Assembly (NCBI GenBank): GCA_016186145.1
Contig: JACPMF010000007.1
Coordinates: forward strand, 85,302 to 133,579
Reading direction: 5' to 3'
DNA length: 48,278 nt
Origin: Candidatus Sungiibacteriota bacterium
GTDB lineage: Bacteria; Patescibacteriota; Minisyncoccia; Sungbacterales; SURF-37
Position numbers and translations under genes: made by a program
Notes under the pieces: model-generated
The model's database searches: none
Told to the model about the DNA's origin: nothing
Seen by the model: the letters and a program-made list of their open reading frames with translations, nothing else
Shown here: one piece after another, positions 36,744-44,370 of the stretch
How positions within the stretch are numbered: position 1 is the first letter of the stretch
Layout of the letters: each line of letters opens with the position of its first letter

Positions 36744-37241
36744 TTAGCGTGTTCGCAGAAGAAATTTGGGTTCAGAACCAAGGTCGGTAAAATCATCAGC
36801 GGCCTCCTTTATTTTTTGCGAAGCGGTGCGGTCAAAAGCCATAACTTCTACCCGCCGCCCTCTTCCTTTCAAGTATTCTACGAGCGGAATGAAATCTCCG
36901 TCCCCGGAAACGATCACGAGCGTATCCACGATTTCCGACGTGCGAACGGCGTCAAGCGCCATCCCAACGTCCCAGTCCGCCTTTTTGGCTCCGCCGAAAA
37001 ATTCTTGCAGGTCTTTCACCCGAATCTCGATCCCCGATTTCTCTAGTGCTTCAAAAAAAGCTTTTTCCTCTCCGGTTTTAGTGCGTACTACATAGGCAAA
37101 AGCCCTGATTAATTTTCTCCCGGCAACCGCCTCCTTTACCACTTCACGGAAATTTACTCTTGCGTTGAGCAGGTTTCTCGCCGAGTGGTACATGTTTTGG
37201 ACATCAATGAAGACGGCGACGCGTTGTTCTTTGTGTTTCAT
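36744..37241 (-). CDS. NYN/LabA-like domain protein
   Basis: ATG at 37241. VAVFIDVQNMYHSARN...VIVSGDGDFIPLV is the LabA/NYN signature. Confidence 0.75.
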   Translation of the reverse strand: MKHKEQRVAVFIDVQNMYHSARNLLNARVNFREVVKEAVAGRKLIRAFAYVVRTKTGEEKAFFEALEKSGIEIRVKDLQEFFGGAKKADWDVGMALDAVRTSEIVDTLVIVSGDGDFIPLVEYLKGRGRRVEVMAFDRTASQKIKEAADDFTDLGSEPKFLLRTR

Positions 37242-37297
37242 GCCAATGTTGTCTAAATTTGCAAGCCCAATGTGCAGCAAATTTAACTACAACATTG

Positions 37298-37445
37298 AGC
37301 ACCCTGTTAAATAATTTCGCCTCTGGCGAAATTCCTCTAACAAATAAACCTTTTGCTTTATTTGTTAGAGGATTTAACAGGGTAAAGGTTTGCTAACTAA
37401 ATTTTGTTCGTCCTGCGGACTCCAAAATTTGGAGCAAGCCCTTTA
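37298..37445 (-). repeat. Family-A structured cassette, copy C (lacks the shared leader)
   Basis: Starts at the rpsO stop (37443-37445). CCCTGTTAAAT at 37302-37312 and ATTTAACAGGG at 37372-37382. Confidence 0.85.
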
Positions 37446-37709
37446 TTTTCTCAATCCCAGCTTTTTAATCAATGAGTTGTAACTTCTTGTATTTTCGCGC
37501 CTGAGGTAGTCAAGAAGTTTTTTGCGGCGCGCGACCATGCCCAAAAGCCCCCTGCGGGAATGGTTGTCCTTTGGATGTTTCTTGAGGTGGTCAGTGAGTT
37601 GCTTTATCTCCGTGGTGAGCAGTGCGGTTTGAACTTCAACAGAACCGGTGTCGGTCGGGTGGTCTTTGAATTTGTCCATTATCTTAGCTTTTTCTTTTGA
37701 GGTGAGCAT
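37443..37709 (-). CDS. rpsO: 30S ribosomal protein S15
   Basis: ...[29 protein letters not shown]... is the S15 signature. 88 aa. Confidence 0.95.
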   Translation of the reverse strand: MLTSKEKAKIMDKFKDHPTDTGSVEVQTALLTTEIKQLTDHLKKHPKDNHSRRGLLGMVARRKKLLDYLRRENTRSYNSLIKKLGLRK

Positions 37710-37884
37710 GCGAATTTTGTTTGAATTTATGAGCGAAGCGAGTAAATGAAACTATAAAATTCAGCACCCTGTTAAATAAAACCTTCGGTTTTCTTTTGCC
37801 GCAGGCAAAAGATTTAACAGGGTAAAGGTTTGCCAACTGCGATTTCTGCGCCTACAGCTTGAAATCGCAGGCCAAGCCCTTTAT
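37710..37884 (-). repeat. Family-A structured cassette, copy D (with shared leader, immediately upstream of rpsO)
   Basis: CCCTGTTAAAT at 37767-37777 and ATTTAACAGGG at 37812-37822. All three variable hairpins differ in sequence from the other copies but are still perfectly paired. Confidence 0.85.
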
Positions 37885-37920
37885 AGCATACTTTTGCCCT
37901 TTTTACAACAGCGGCGGAAA

Positions 37921-37942
37921 ACAAAAACCCCGCGTTGCGGGG
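37921..37942 (-). terminator. Rho-independent terminator of the 37953-38564 gene
   Basis: On the minus strand, CCCCGC-AAC-GCGGGG followed by TTTTTGTTTT. Confidence 0.75.
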
Positions 37943-37952
37943 CAGGGTGTTT

Positions 37953-38564
37953 TTACAGATATTGGCCCGTATTGATGGCTGGGTCCGCATTTTTTCTGAA
38001 AAGCGCGGAAACAGAAATGAGAGATTGTGAGAACCGTTGGACGAGCTGTTCTTTGTCGTCCGGTCCAAGGTCAACCTTTCGACTATATTCTCCGTTCCCG
38101 TTTTCTTCGTTTGAAGGATTTTGTTTCTGAGTAGCGGTTTCTGCCATTCGTATCTTTAAATAAGTGTGGAGTTCTTTGAGATCCTGCATAAACGGGGAAT
38201 ACTCGTTCGTTTCGGGCGGTGCAAGGAATATTTGAGCGATAATGTGCAGGACGGTTTGTACCGCGACTTCTTCCAAGAAGTGTTCTCTGTCGAGATCGCC
38301 GGATTCCAGCAAAATTTGGTATGGCGGCGGGAGGCCGTTCATTTTCGTAAACACTCTTTCAACCAAGGCCCTCGGATCCTTTAATGTTTCTACAAAGCTA
38401 AGGAATTGCTCCGGCACTACGCTGCCAAGCTGAGTGAATGTAGACAGCATAATCTTTTTCTTTCTCGGTTCACTCACTTGGGCAAACCGCGATTCGCCGA
38501 GCGCAAAGGACTCGGTTAAAACCTTCTTTAAAAATTCGTCCACCGGCATTGTGCGAAGTGCCAT
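37953..38564 (-). CDS. Hypothetical protein
   Basis: 203-aa ORF with its own terminator. No recognised family. Confidence 0.55.
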   Translation of the reverse strand: MALRTMPVDEFLKKVLTESFALGESRFAQVSEPRKKKIMLSTFTQLGSVVPEQFLSFVETLKDPRALVERVFTKMNGLPPPYQILLESGDLDREHFLEEVAVQTVLHIIAQIFLAPPETNEYSPFMQDLKELHTYLKIRMAETATQKQNPSNEENGNGEYSRKVDLGPDDKEQLVQRFSQSLISVSALFRKNADPAINTGQYL

Positions 38565-38632
38565 TTGGCCCCCCTTTAGTATTTTAAAGATCGTAATTAT
38601 ACCTTACGACAAATGCTAATATTTTTCAAGAA

Positions 38633-38780
38633 AGCCGAAGGTGGGAATCCTCTTCCTCTGAAATTTTGCGCGCCCCTCGATATAACTCGGGACAGGCAAA
38701 ATTTCTCCCCCAGAGCCCGGGTTTCCAAAATCGTAAAGCAGTTTACGATTTTGGAATACCCTTCGATTCCCATCTTCACC
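38633..38780. ncRNA. Family-B structured element, copy 1 (three-way junction; tRNA-3'-end-like terminal inverted repeats)
   Basis: P1 is TGGGAATC (38642-38649)/GATTCCCA (38765-38772). There is a 15-bp hairpin TTCCAAAATCGTAAA/TTTACGATTTTGGAA and a 10-bp stem GAAATTTTGC/GCAAAATTTC. About 60 nt are identical to 48016-48137. Confidence 0.5.
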
Positions 38781-38788
38781 TCAACCAT

Positions 38789-38827
38789 CAAAAACAAAAC
38801 CACTTTTTATAGGTGGTTTTGTTTTTG
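38789..38827. terminator. 15-bp perfect hairpin between the tRNA locus and the family-B element
   Basis: CAAAAACAAAACCAC-(9 nt)-GTGGTTTTGTTTTTG. Confidence 0.6.
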
Positions 38828-38829
38828 AT

Positions 38830-39063
38830 AGCCGAAGATGGGAATCGAACCCACATTTCTACTTTACGAAAGTAATGTCCCGATTTTGTTCAAACTTTTG
38901 AAGCCAGGGGTGGGAGTCGAACCCACAACCTCTGCTTTACGAAAGCATTGCTCTGCCATTGAGCTACCCTGGCTGCAAAAGTTTGAACAAAATCGAGGAT
39001 CCTCGATTCGCCAACCGCGCTCCGCGCGGGCGAATCGGGACTCTACCATTGAACTACTTCGGC
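38830..39063 (-). tRNA. Interrupted tRNA-Thr(CGU)-like gene: 23-nt 5' part and 48-nt 3' part separated by a 163-nt insertion that contains another tRNA
   Basis: The 5' part 39063-39041 is GCCGAAGUAGUUCAAUGGUAGAG. The 3' part 38877-38830 is CAUUACUUUCGUAAAGUAGAAAUGUGGGUUCGAUUCCCAUCUUCGGCU. Joined, they give a 71-nt cloverleaf. Confidence 0.65.
38902..38973 (-). tRNA. tRNA-Thr (anticodon CGU), intact, no encoded CCA
   Basis: GCCAGGG UA GCUC AAUGGCA GAGC A AUGCU UUCGUAA AGCAG AGGUU GUGGG UUCGACU CCCAC CCCUGGC U. All four arms pair (one A/G mismatch at 27:43). Confidence 0.92.
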
Positions 39064-39066
39064 ACG

Positions 39067-40380
39067 CTATTCTTTTTTCAACGCCCCCTCAGTATACGTA
39101 TTTCCTGGATTCCACAAGAGCCAGCCACTTGCTCTCGCGTCTTCTGCCGCTCTGATTTGCTGCCTAACCTTTTCGGCATCATAATAGATCCCGCGCACCG
39201 TATCAACCTTTAAGTCGAAATCTTGAATCCACGGCCGCAGCTTTGTTTCGGACTTCTTCTTCGTGTTTGCCTTGTTAATAATTGGCGGCTCTTTGCCCGA
39301 TACGGCGCTCGTGTTCTCTGCTAAAATGGTGGCCGGTGCCGAAGTTGCAAATACGTCTTTTCCTGCGAGGAAGTCGGAAGCGATGACGAGTGAACGGTAT
39401 ACGACCTCATATGGGTGGCTGGAAACGACGTTTTCGGCAACTTCTGCCCGGTAGGGATAGTAGAGCGCCGGGAGACCCCGTTCGGCGTCGGCGGGGACCT
39501 GAAAGCCGCTGTAGTAGTGGCTTGGATAAGTCATAAAGGATATGTAATCAAAGGAGTCGCCCAAGTCTTCAAGCCGTTGGCCGATACCGAGATCGCTTTT
39601 TTGGATCGCTACATAACCGAAAAGGTCTGCCGAAAGAATGATTTGCGGTTTTTCTGTTTTTAATTCGTTTTTTAGGTACTGGAAAAAGTCTCGGAGTACC
39701 TCGTGCCGTTTTTTGGTCTTTTGATCAAACGTGGGATAAACAATGTTCGAAGTATCCCCGTCTGATGGGAAACGGATGTAGTCAAATTGGATCTCGTCGA
39801 AACCGTAGTTAATTGCTTGTTTTGCGACCGCGGCGGTATATTCCCATGCGCCTTGAGATGCCGGGTCGAGCCATGCATTTCCACGCTGGTCGAGCCACAA
39901 TCGTCCATCTGCTCGTTTCAGGGCAAGCTCCGGACTTGCTTTTGCTTTGACCGTGTCGTTGAAGACAACAAGCCGGGCAATAACCCAGATACCTTTTTGG
40001 TGGAATTTTTGTATCAAGCTTCGTAGAGACTCCGGTAAAAATATTCCATCCGTTTCTTTTATATCAATCACTACGCCGTTTAGTTCGGTTGTCTCCAGGA
40101 GTTCGATGACGTCATTTCTAAGGCGTGTTGCCGCTCTTCCTGGATCGTTTGCGACTGTTGTTGTCATATACACTCCCTTTATGTTCTCGGAGCGCTCCCG
40201 AGCCTCTCTGATTAGCTCTTCTACGCTTTTTTCTTCTATCGCATCCGACGCAGTTAATTCTGATACTGCCGCTGGGAGGCTTTCGGGGATAAGGTTTTTA
40301 GTGAAGCGGAATGCAAAAAACACAATCACGGCGGTCGCGATGCTTAAAAACAAAAGAATTCTTATTCTTATTGGGTTCAC
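39067..40380 (-). CDS. Putative glycoside hydrolase (DUF4015-like TIM-barrel)
   Basis: N-terminal TM segment. ...GVYMTT...LNGVVIDIKE...WLDPASQGAWEYTAAVAKQAINYGFDEIQFDYIRFPSDG.... Confidence 0.6.
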   Translation of the reverse strand: MNPIRIRILLFLSIATAVIVFFAFRFTKNLIPESLPAAVSELTASDAIEEKSVEELIREARERSENIKGVYMTTTVANDPGRAATRLRNDVIELLETTELNGVVIDIKETDGIFLPESLRSLIQKFHQKGIWVIARLVVFNDTVKAKASPELALKRADGRLWLDQRGNAWLDPASQGAWEYTAAVAKQAINYGFDEIQFDYIRFPSDGDTSNIVYPTFDQKTKKRHEVLRDFFQYLKNELKTEKPQIILSADLFGYVAIQKSDLGIGQRLEDLGDSFDYISFMTYPSHYYSGFQVPADAERGLPALYYPYRAEVAENVVSSHPYEVVYRSLVIASDFLAGKDVFATSAPATILAENTSAVSGKEPPIINKANTKKKSETKLRPWIQDFDLKVDTVRGIYYDAEKVRQQIRAAEDARASGWLLWNPGNTYTEGALKKE

Positions 40381-41153
40381 CTTTTTAAGATAGGATGCAC
40401 AATAATCATGCCCTTTCTGCCCTGTTCGACGCTTGCTGGCGACCCGGTCCAGTCGTGGGTTGCTTCCATTATATTGTTATAGCCGTATCGGAATGCGTTG
40501 CCGAATTTAGTTCCTGGCTCGTTTACAATGAATTCACTTGTTGCCTCGTCATAACCCCGGATAACCGCCATATGGTAGTGGGGCGGACTCGTAAAGTAGG
40601 GGTTTTCGAGAAGCTCGCCGGCGAGCGGCACGATGACTAAATTGCCGAGAGTTAACTCCTTTTTTATATTCTCAACGGTGACGTTGTCGTATCTGATTTC
40701 AAAGTTTTGGTAACGGTAAAATCCATTGATGAGCCGTCCGGTGTCTTCCAGGTTTGTGTCTCGGTGGTATCCAAAAACCCGCTCTTCAAACTGCACTTGC
40801 TTTAAAATTTCTTCTGCGGCGAATGCCGGAGTGAGTTCAAATCCGCGCGCCCAGGCGACAGCCATTAATACGGAAGTTTCTTCGCATGCGTCCTGCCATG
40901 GTTGGTCCCAATTTCCATACGGAGCCTGCGAAGAGAAAGGGACATCAAGTAAGAGTTTTTCTGGTAAAACTGCGGCGTTTTGCGACGGCACCGGAACTTT
41001 TGGTTGCTGTTCCGCGCTGATTTTTTTGTCAGTCGAGTTTTCTCCCCAAAAAGCCGGGTAAACAAAAAAACTAACCGCGGCGATAGTTGAAAAAATAATT
41101 ACTCCAGAGACCCTGTTGTTTGCAAAGCGGTCCATCGCTACACCAAGAAGCAT
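40377..41153 (-). CDS. Peptidase C39-like domain protein, membrane anchored
   Basis: ...LDVPFSSQAPYGNWDQPWQDACEETSVLMAVAWA... The stop overlaps the downstream start by 4 nt. Confidence 0.55.
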   Translation of the reverse strand: MLLGVAMDRFANNRVSGVIIFSTIAAVSFFVYPAFWGENSTDKKISAEQQPKVPVPSQNAAVLPEKLLLDVPFSSQAPYGNWDQPWQDACEETSVLMAVAWARGFELTPAFAAEEILKQVQFEERVFGYHRDTNLEDTGRLINGFYRYQNFEIRYDNVTVENIKKELTLGNLVIVPLAGELLENPYFTSPPHYHMAVIRGYDEATSEFIVNEPGTKFGNAFRYGYNNIMEATHDWTGSPASVEQGRKGMIIVHPILKR

Positions 41154-41291
41154 ACCTATTTTACCTTAAAAACGCCAGGGTTTTGGTTAGTCTTTAAAGA
41201 TTTGTGGTCTCTTCAGTCGGCGGTTGGTTAGCGGATAAAAAACCAAAAGCGGCCGGAGGGCCGCTTTGGAATTATTTTCGCGCGAAAATAA

Positions 41292-41570
41292 TTATTGAAC
41301 CATTTCTTTCAGCTGCTTTGCGGCGCGGAACTTCGGCGCAGTTTTTGCGGCGATCTGTATTTTTTCGCCGGTTCGCGGGTTGATTCCTTCGCGAGCCGCA
41401 CGGCGGGAAACTTTGAAAACGCCGAAACCGGCGACTTTCACTTGTTCTCCTTTCACCATTGCTTTGGTAACTTCATCGAACATTCCATCAACCGCTTCTT
41501 GTGCCGCCTTTTTTGTTGTGCCGAGTTTATTCATCAGCCACTCCGCAAGCCATTTTTTGTCGTATTTCAT
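41292..41570 (-). CDS. hup: HU-family DNA-binding protein
   Basis: ...VAGFGVFKVSRRAAREGINPRTGEKIQIAA.... 92 aa. Confidence 0.9.
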   Translation of the reverse strand: MKYDKKWLAEWLMNKLGTTKKAAQEAVDGMFDEVTKAMVKGEQVKVAGFGVFKVSRRAAREGINPRTGEKIQIAAKTAPKFRAAKQLKEMVQ

Positions 41571-41869
41571 CGTACTATTTTTTTGTGATTGCTTGTTTTC
41601 ATTTCGACCTTTACCCGGGCTCGCCGGGATGGAAACCTAACAAATGCAGGTTTTCCACACTTTTTAAAGCATAGCAAAATGTTAGTATTTGCTCAATTTT
41701 TTTATTAACACCCCCGGGTATTTGTATAAAACAAGAGGCACGCCCAAAAGGGTTTTGTGCTTTTCAGCGTAATTGTTCCACGGCTATAGTGCGAAACGCC
41801 CAAGTTATCTATGCGAATAATGCCGATAATTCGTATAATTAGCATTTGTATTCGCATTGTTCGCGTTAT

Positions 41870-43402
41870 TTACCTGGCAAAGTCAATCACCCTTGTTTCT
41901 CGTATCACGTGCACTTTTATTTCACCCGGGTACTTTAATTCGTTTTCGACGCGGAGGGCGATTTGGCGCGCGAGGTTTCGCGCTTCAAGGTCGCTGATTT
42001 TTTCCGGTGAAACGAAAATACGAATTTCTCTTCCGGCCTGGATGGCGTATGTTTTTTCGACCCCGTCAAAGGAGTTCGCTATTGCTTCAAGGTCTTGGAG
42101 GCGTTTCAAGTAATTTTCTACCGAATCCCTTCGCGCTCCGGGGCGACCCGCCGAGATTGCGTCTGCGGTTTGAACGATTATTGATTCCAGCGTTTCGTAG
42201 GGGTACTCCTCGTGGTGCGACTGCATCGCTTGAACTATGCGGTTGTCCACCCCGAACTTTTGCAAAATGCGCCGTCCGATTTCAACATGGGTGCCTTGAA
42301 CTTCGTGGTCAACTGCTTTTCCGATGTCGTGGACGAGGGCCCCCTTTTGCGCTATGGCTTTGTCTCCGCCGAGTTCTTCGGCCAGCATCCCTGCCATGTG
42401 GGCCATTTCGATAGAGTGAGTCAGGACATTTTGTCCGAAGCTTGTTCTGAATTTAAGGCGCCCGAGAAGATGAAGAAGGCGCTCGTCGATGTCGAAGGCC
42501 CCTATTTCGTATGCCGCGGCCTTCCCCGCTTCGCGGATTTGTTTTTCTATTTCTGCTTTCGATTTTTCAACGAATTCTTCTATTCGCGCGGGCTGTATTC
42601 TTCCGTCTGCAATGAGATTTTCGAGCGCAAGCTTGGCGATGTGGCGGCGTACCGGGTCAAAGCCGGAAATCACGATTGCTCCCGGCGTGTCGTCGACGAT
42701 CACTTCCACTCCCGCTGCGCGCTCGAATGCCCGGATATTCCTTCCTTCACGGCCGATGACCTTTCCTTTGATATCGTCCGAAGTAATCGGAACAGTTGTC
42801 GTGGTGACCTCCGATGTTGTTGCGGAGGCAAGCCGCTGAATGATTGCCGCAAGGATGTTTTTTGCTTTTCGTTCAAGCTCTTCCATTCCCGCGTTTTCAA
42901 GCTTTCTTATTCTTACCATGACGTCTTCTCCCGACTCCTTCTCTACTTGCTCGGTGAGCATTTTTATCGCATCTTCACGGGTCATTCCCGCCACCTGTTC
43001 GAGCTTTTTGGTTATCTCCTGTTTCAGCGACTCAATCTCGGTCTTTACGACCTTAACCCGTTCGATCTTTGAATCAAGTTCGCGCTGGCGCTCGTCGAGC
43101 TCAAAGAGCTTTTTGTCGAGCGTTTCCTCTCGGCCTCTTAGACGGTCCTCGGCTTTTCTTATGTCCTCTGTCCGCGATTTTATATCCCGCTGTGATTCTT
43201 CAATAATCTTAACGGCGCGATTTTTTGACTCAAATGTTATTTCTTGCGCCTCGCGCTTCGCGTCTTCTACAAGCTTTTTGAGTTTTGCCTCAATGGAGCT
43301 TTTTCTCCTTTGTGCAATAAGCTGACGAGTGAAATACCCTATGCCGATTCCGGCTAGGGCGGCGAGTGCTACAAAAACAAAATTCGCTGTTGTCATATTC
43401 AA
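41870..43402 (-). CDS. rny: Ribonuclease Y
   Basis: N-terminal TM segment, coiled coil, KH (GKVIGREGRNIRAFE) and HD domain (LVHDIGKAVDHE). Confidence 0.95.
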   Translation of the reverse strand: MNMTTANFVFVALAALAGIGIGYFTRQLIAQRRKSSIEAKLKKLVEDAKREAQEITFESKNRAVKIIEESQRDIKSRTEDIRKAEDRLRGREETLDKKLFELDERQRELDSKIERVKVVKTEIESLKQEITKKLEQVAGMTREDAIKMLTEQVEKESGEDVMVRIRKLENAGMEELERKAKNILAAIIQRLASATTSEVTTTTVPITSDDIKGKVIGREGRNIRAFERAAGVEVIVDDTPGAIVISGFDPVRRHIAKLALENLIADGRIQPARIEEFVEKSKAEIEKQIREAGKAAAYEIGAFDIDERLLHLLGRLKFRTSFGQNVLTHSIEMAHMAGMLAEELGGDKAIAQKGALVHDIGKAVDHEVQGTHVEIGRRILQKFGVDNRIVQAMQSHHEEYPYETLESIIVQTADAISAGRPGARRDSVENYLKRLQDLEAIANSFDGVEKTYAIQAGREIRIFVSPEKISDLEARNLARQIALRVENELKYPGEIKVHVIRETRVIDFAR

Positions 43403-43805
43403 ACAGCGGAAAAAAAGCTCCTCGGAAAAGGATTAGAGATTAAAGATTGTTGCCGTCAGATTGTTATTACCGGCTATTTTCTCTGAATCGCGGCTTATTA
43501 TGAATGTCCGGCGGCTTAAAACTTTGAAATGGTTTCGGTTGATAGGATTTAACGCCATATACAAAGAATGTACTTTCTTGCCTCTATACCTGACTATTTT
43601 GCCGATGGAGGCTGCGTTTCCGCTCCAGTTATTTTTCTGATTCTAACTTACATTACCGAATGTAGCACGAGCCGGTTTTTTTGTCCATCATATCATACAC
43701 GTAACAATCATCATCCTTGACACCTTAAACTGCTTATGCAACAAATACCTAAAGAAAAGTGTATTAAAGTCTATGTTTTAATATTCTTTAAAAAAGGAGG
43801 AATCA

Positions 43806-43973
43806 TTGAAAAAGGCCTTGTGCCTGAAAGATGTTATTAGGCTCGAAGAAAAATACGGAGTTGAGATCGGTAATAAACAATCCCTCTCTGTTGCCCACAA
43901 ACTTTTACGCGAATTCAATAGATCAAGACATTTTAAGAAGAGTACAACAAAAAGATCAAAAAAGAGTGCTTAA
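43806..43973 (+). CDS. Small basic protein (55 aa), not in the ORF track frame
   Basis: AGGAGG (43795-43800), 5 nt, then TTG. Product is MKKALCLKDVIRLEEKYGVEIGNKQSLSVAHKLLREFNRSRHFKKSTTKRSKKSA. The stop lies inside the terminator palindrome 43961-43982. Confidence 0.4.
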   Translation: MKKALCLKDVIRLEEKYGVEIGNKQSLSVAHKLLREFNRSRHFKKSTTKRSKKSA

Positions 43974-44008
43974 GCACTCTTTTCTTTTAAATCGTCGTTG
44001 TTTATTAG

Positions 44009-44350
44009 CTAACCAGTCGATAATTTGTTTCGCATTGCGGCAAGCTCTTGTCCGTGCGACCATATGTCGCGGGCGATGATGGCAACCAGTACAGTCGTTG
44101 CAACAAAGGAGAATTGCAGTGCGGGTGTCAGGATCGTAAAGCTTCTGCCGAAGAATAGGAAAAAAGCATAGAACCCGTCAGATGCGGAAATGGCATTCGC
44201 CACGATATTTGCGGGCGAGATGTACTGGAGTGCCCAGGTAAAGAGGGCAACAAGGCCGGCGGTTTCTGTAGCAAGCGGTGCGGCTTTCCGGACAAACCAA
44301 ATCGTGTAAACCCTCCGCATGATTCTTTTTTTTAGTTCTTTTTCCATCAT
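44009..44350 (-). CDS. Putative anti-sigma/membrane protein downstream of the ECF sigma factor
   Basis: Start MMEKELKK at 44350. Three TM segments. Assignment is from position after the sigma gene only. Confidence 0.45.
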   Translation of the reverse strand: MMEKELKKRIMRRVYTIWFVRKAAPLATETAGLVALFTWALQYISPANIVANAISASDGFYAFFLFFGRSFTILTPALQFSFVATTVLVAIIARDIWSHGQELAAMRNKLSTG

Positions 44351-44370
44351 AATTTTTATTTTTATAGCTC

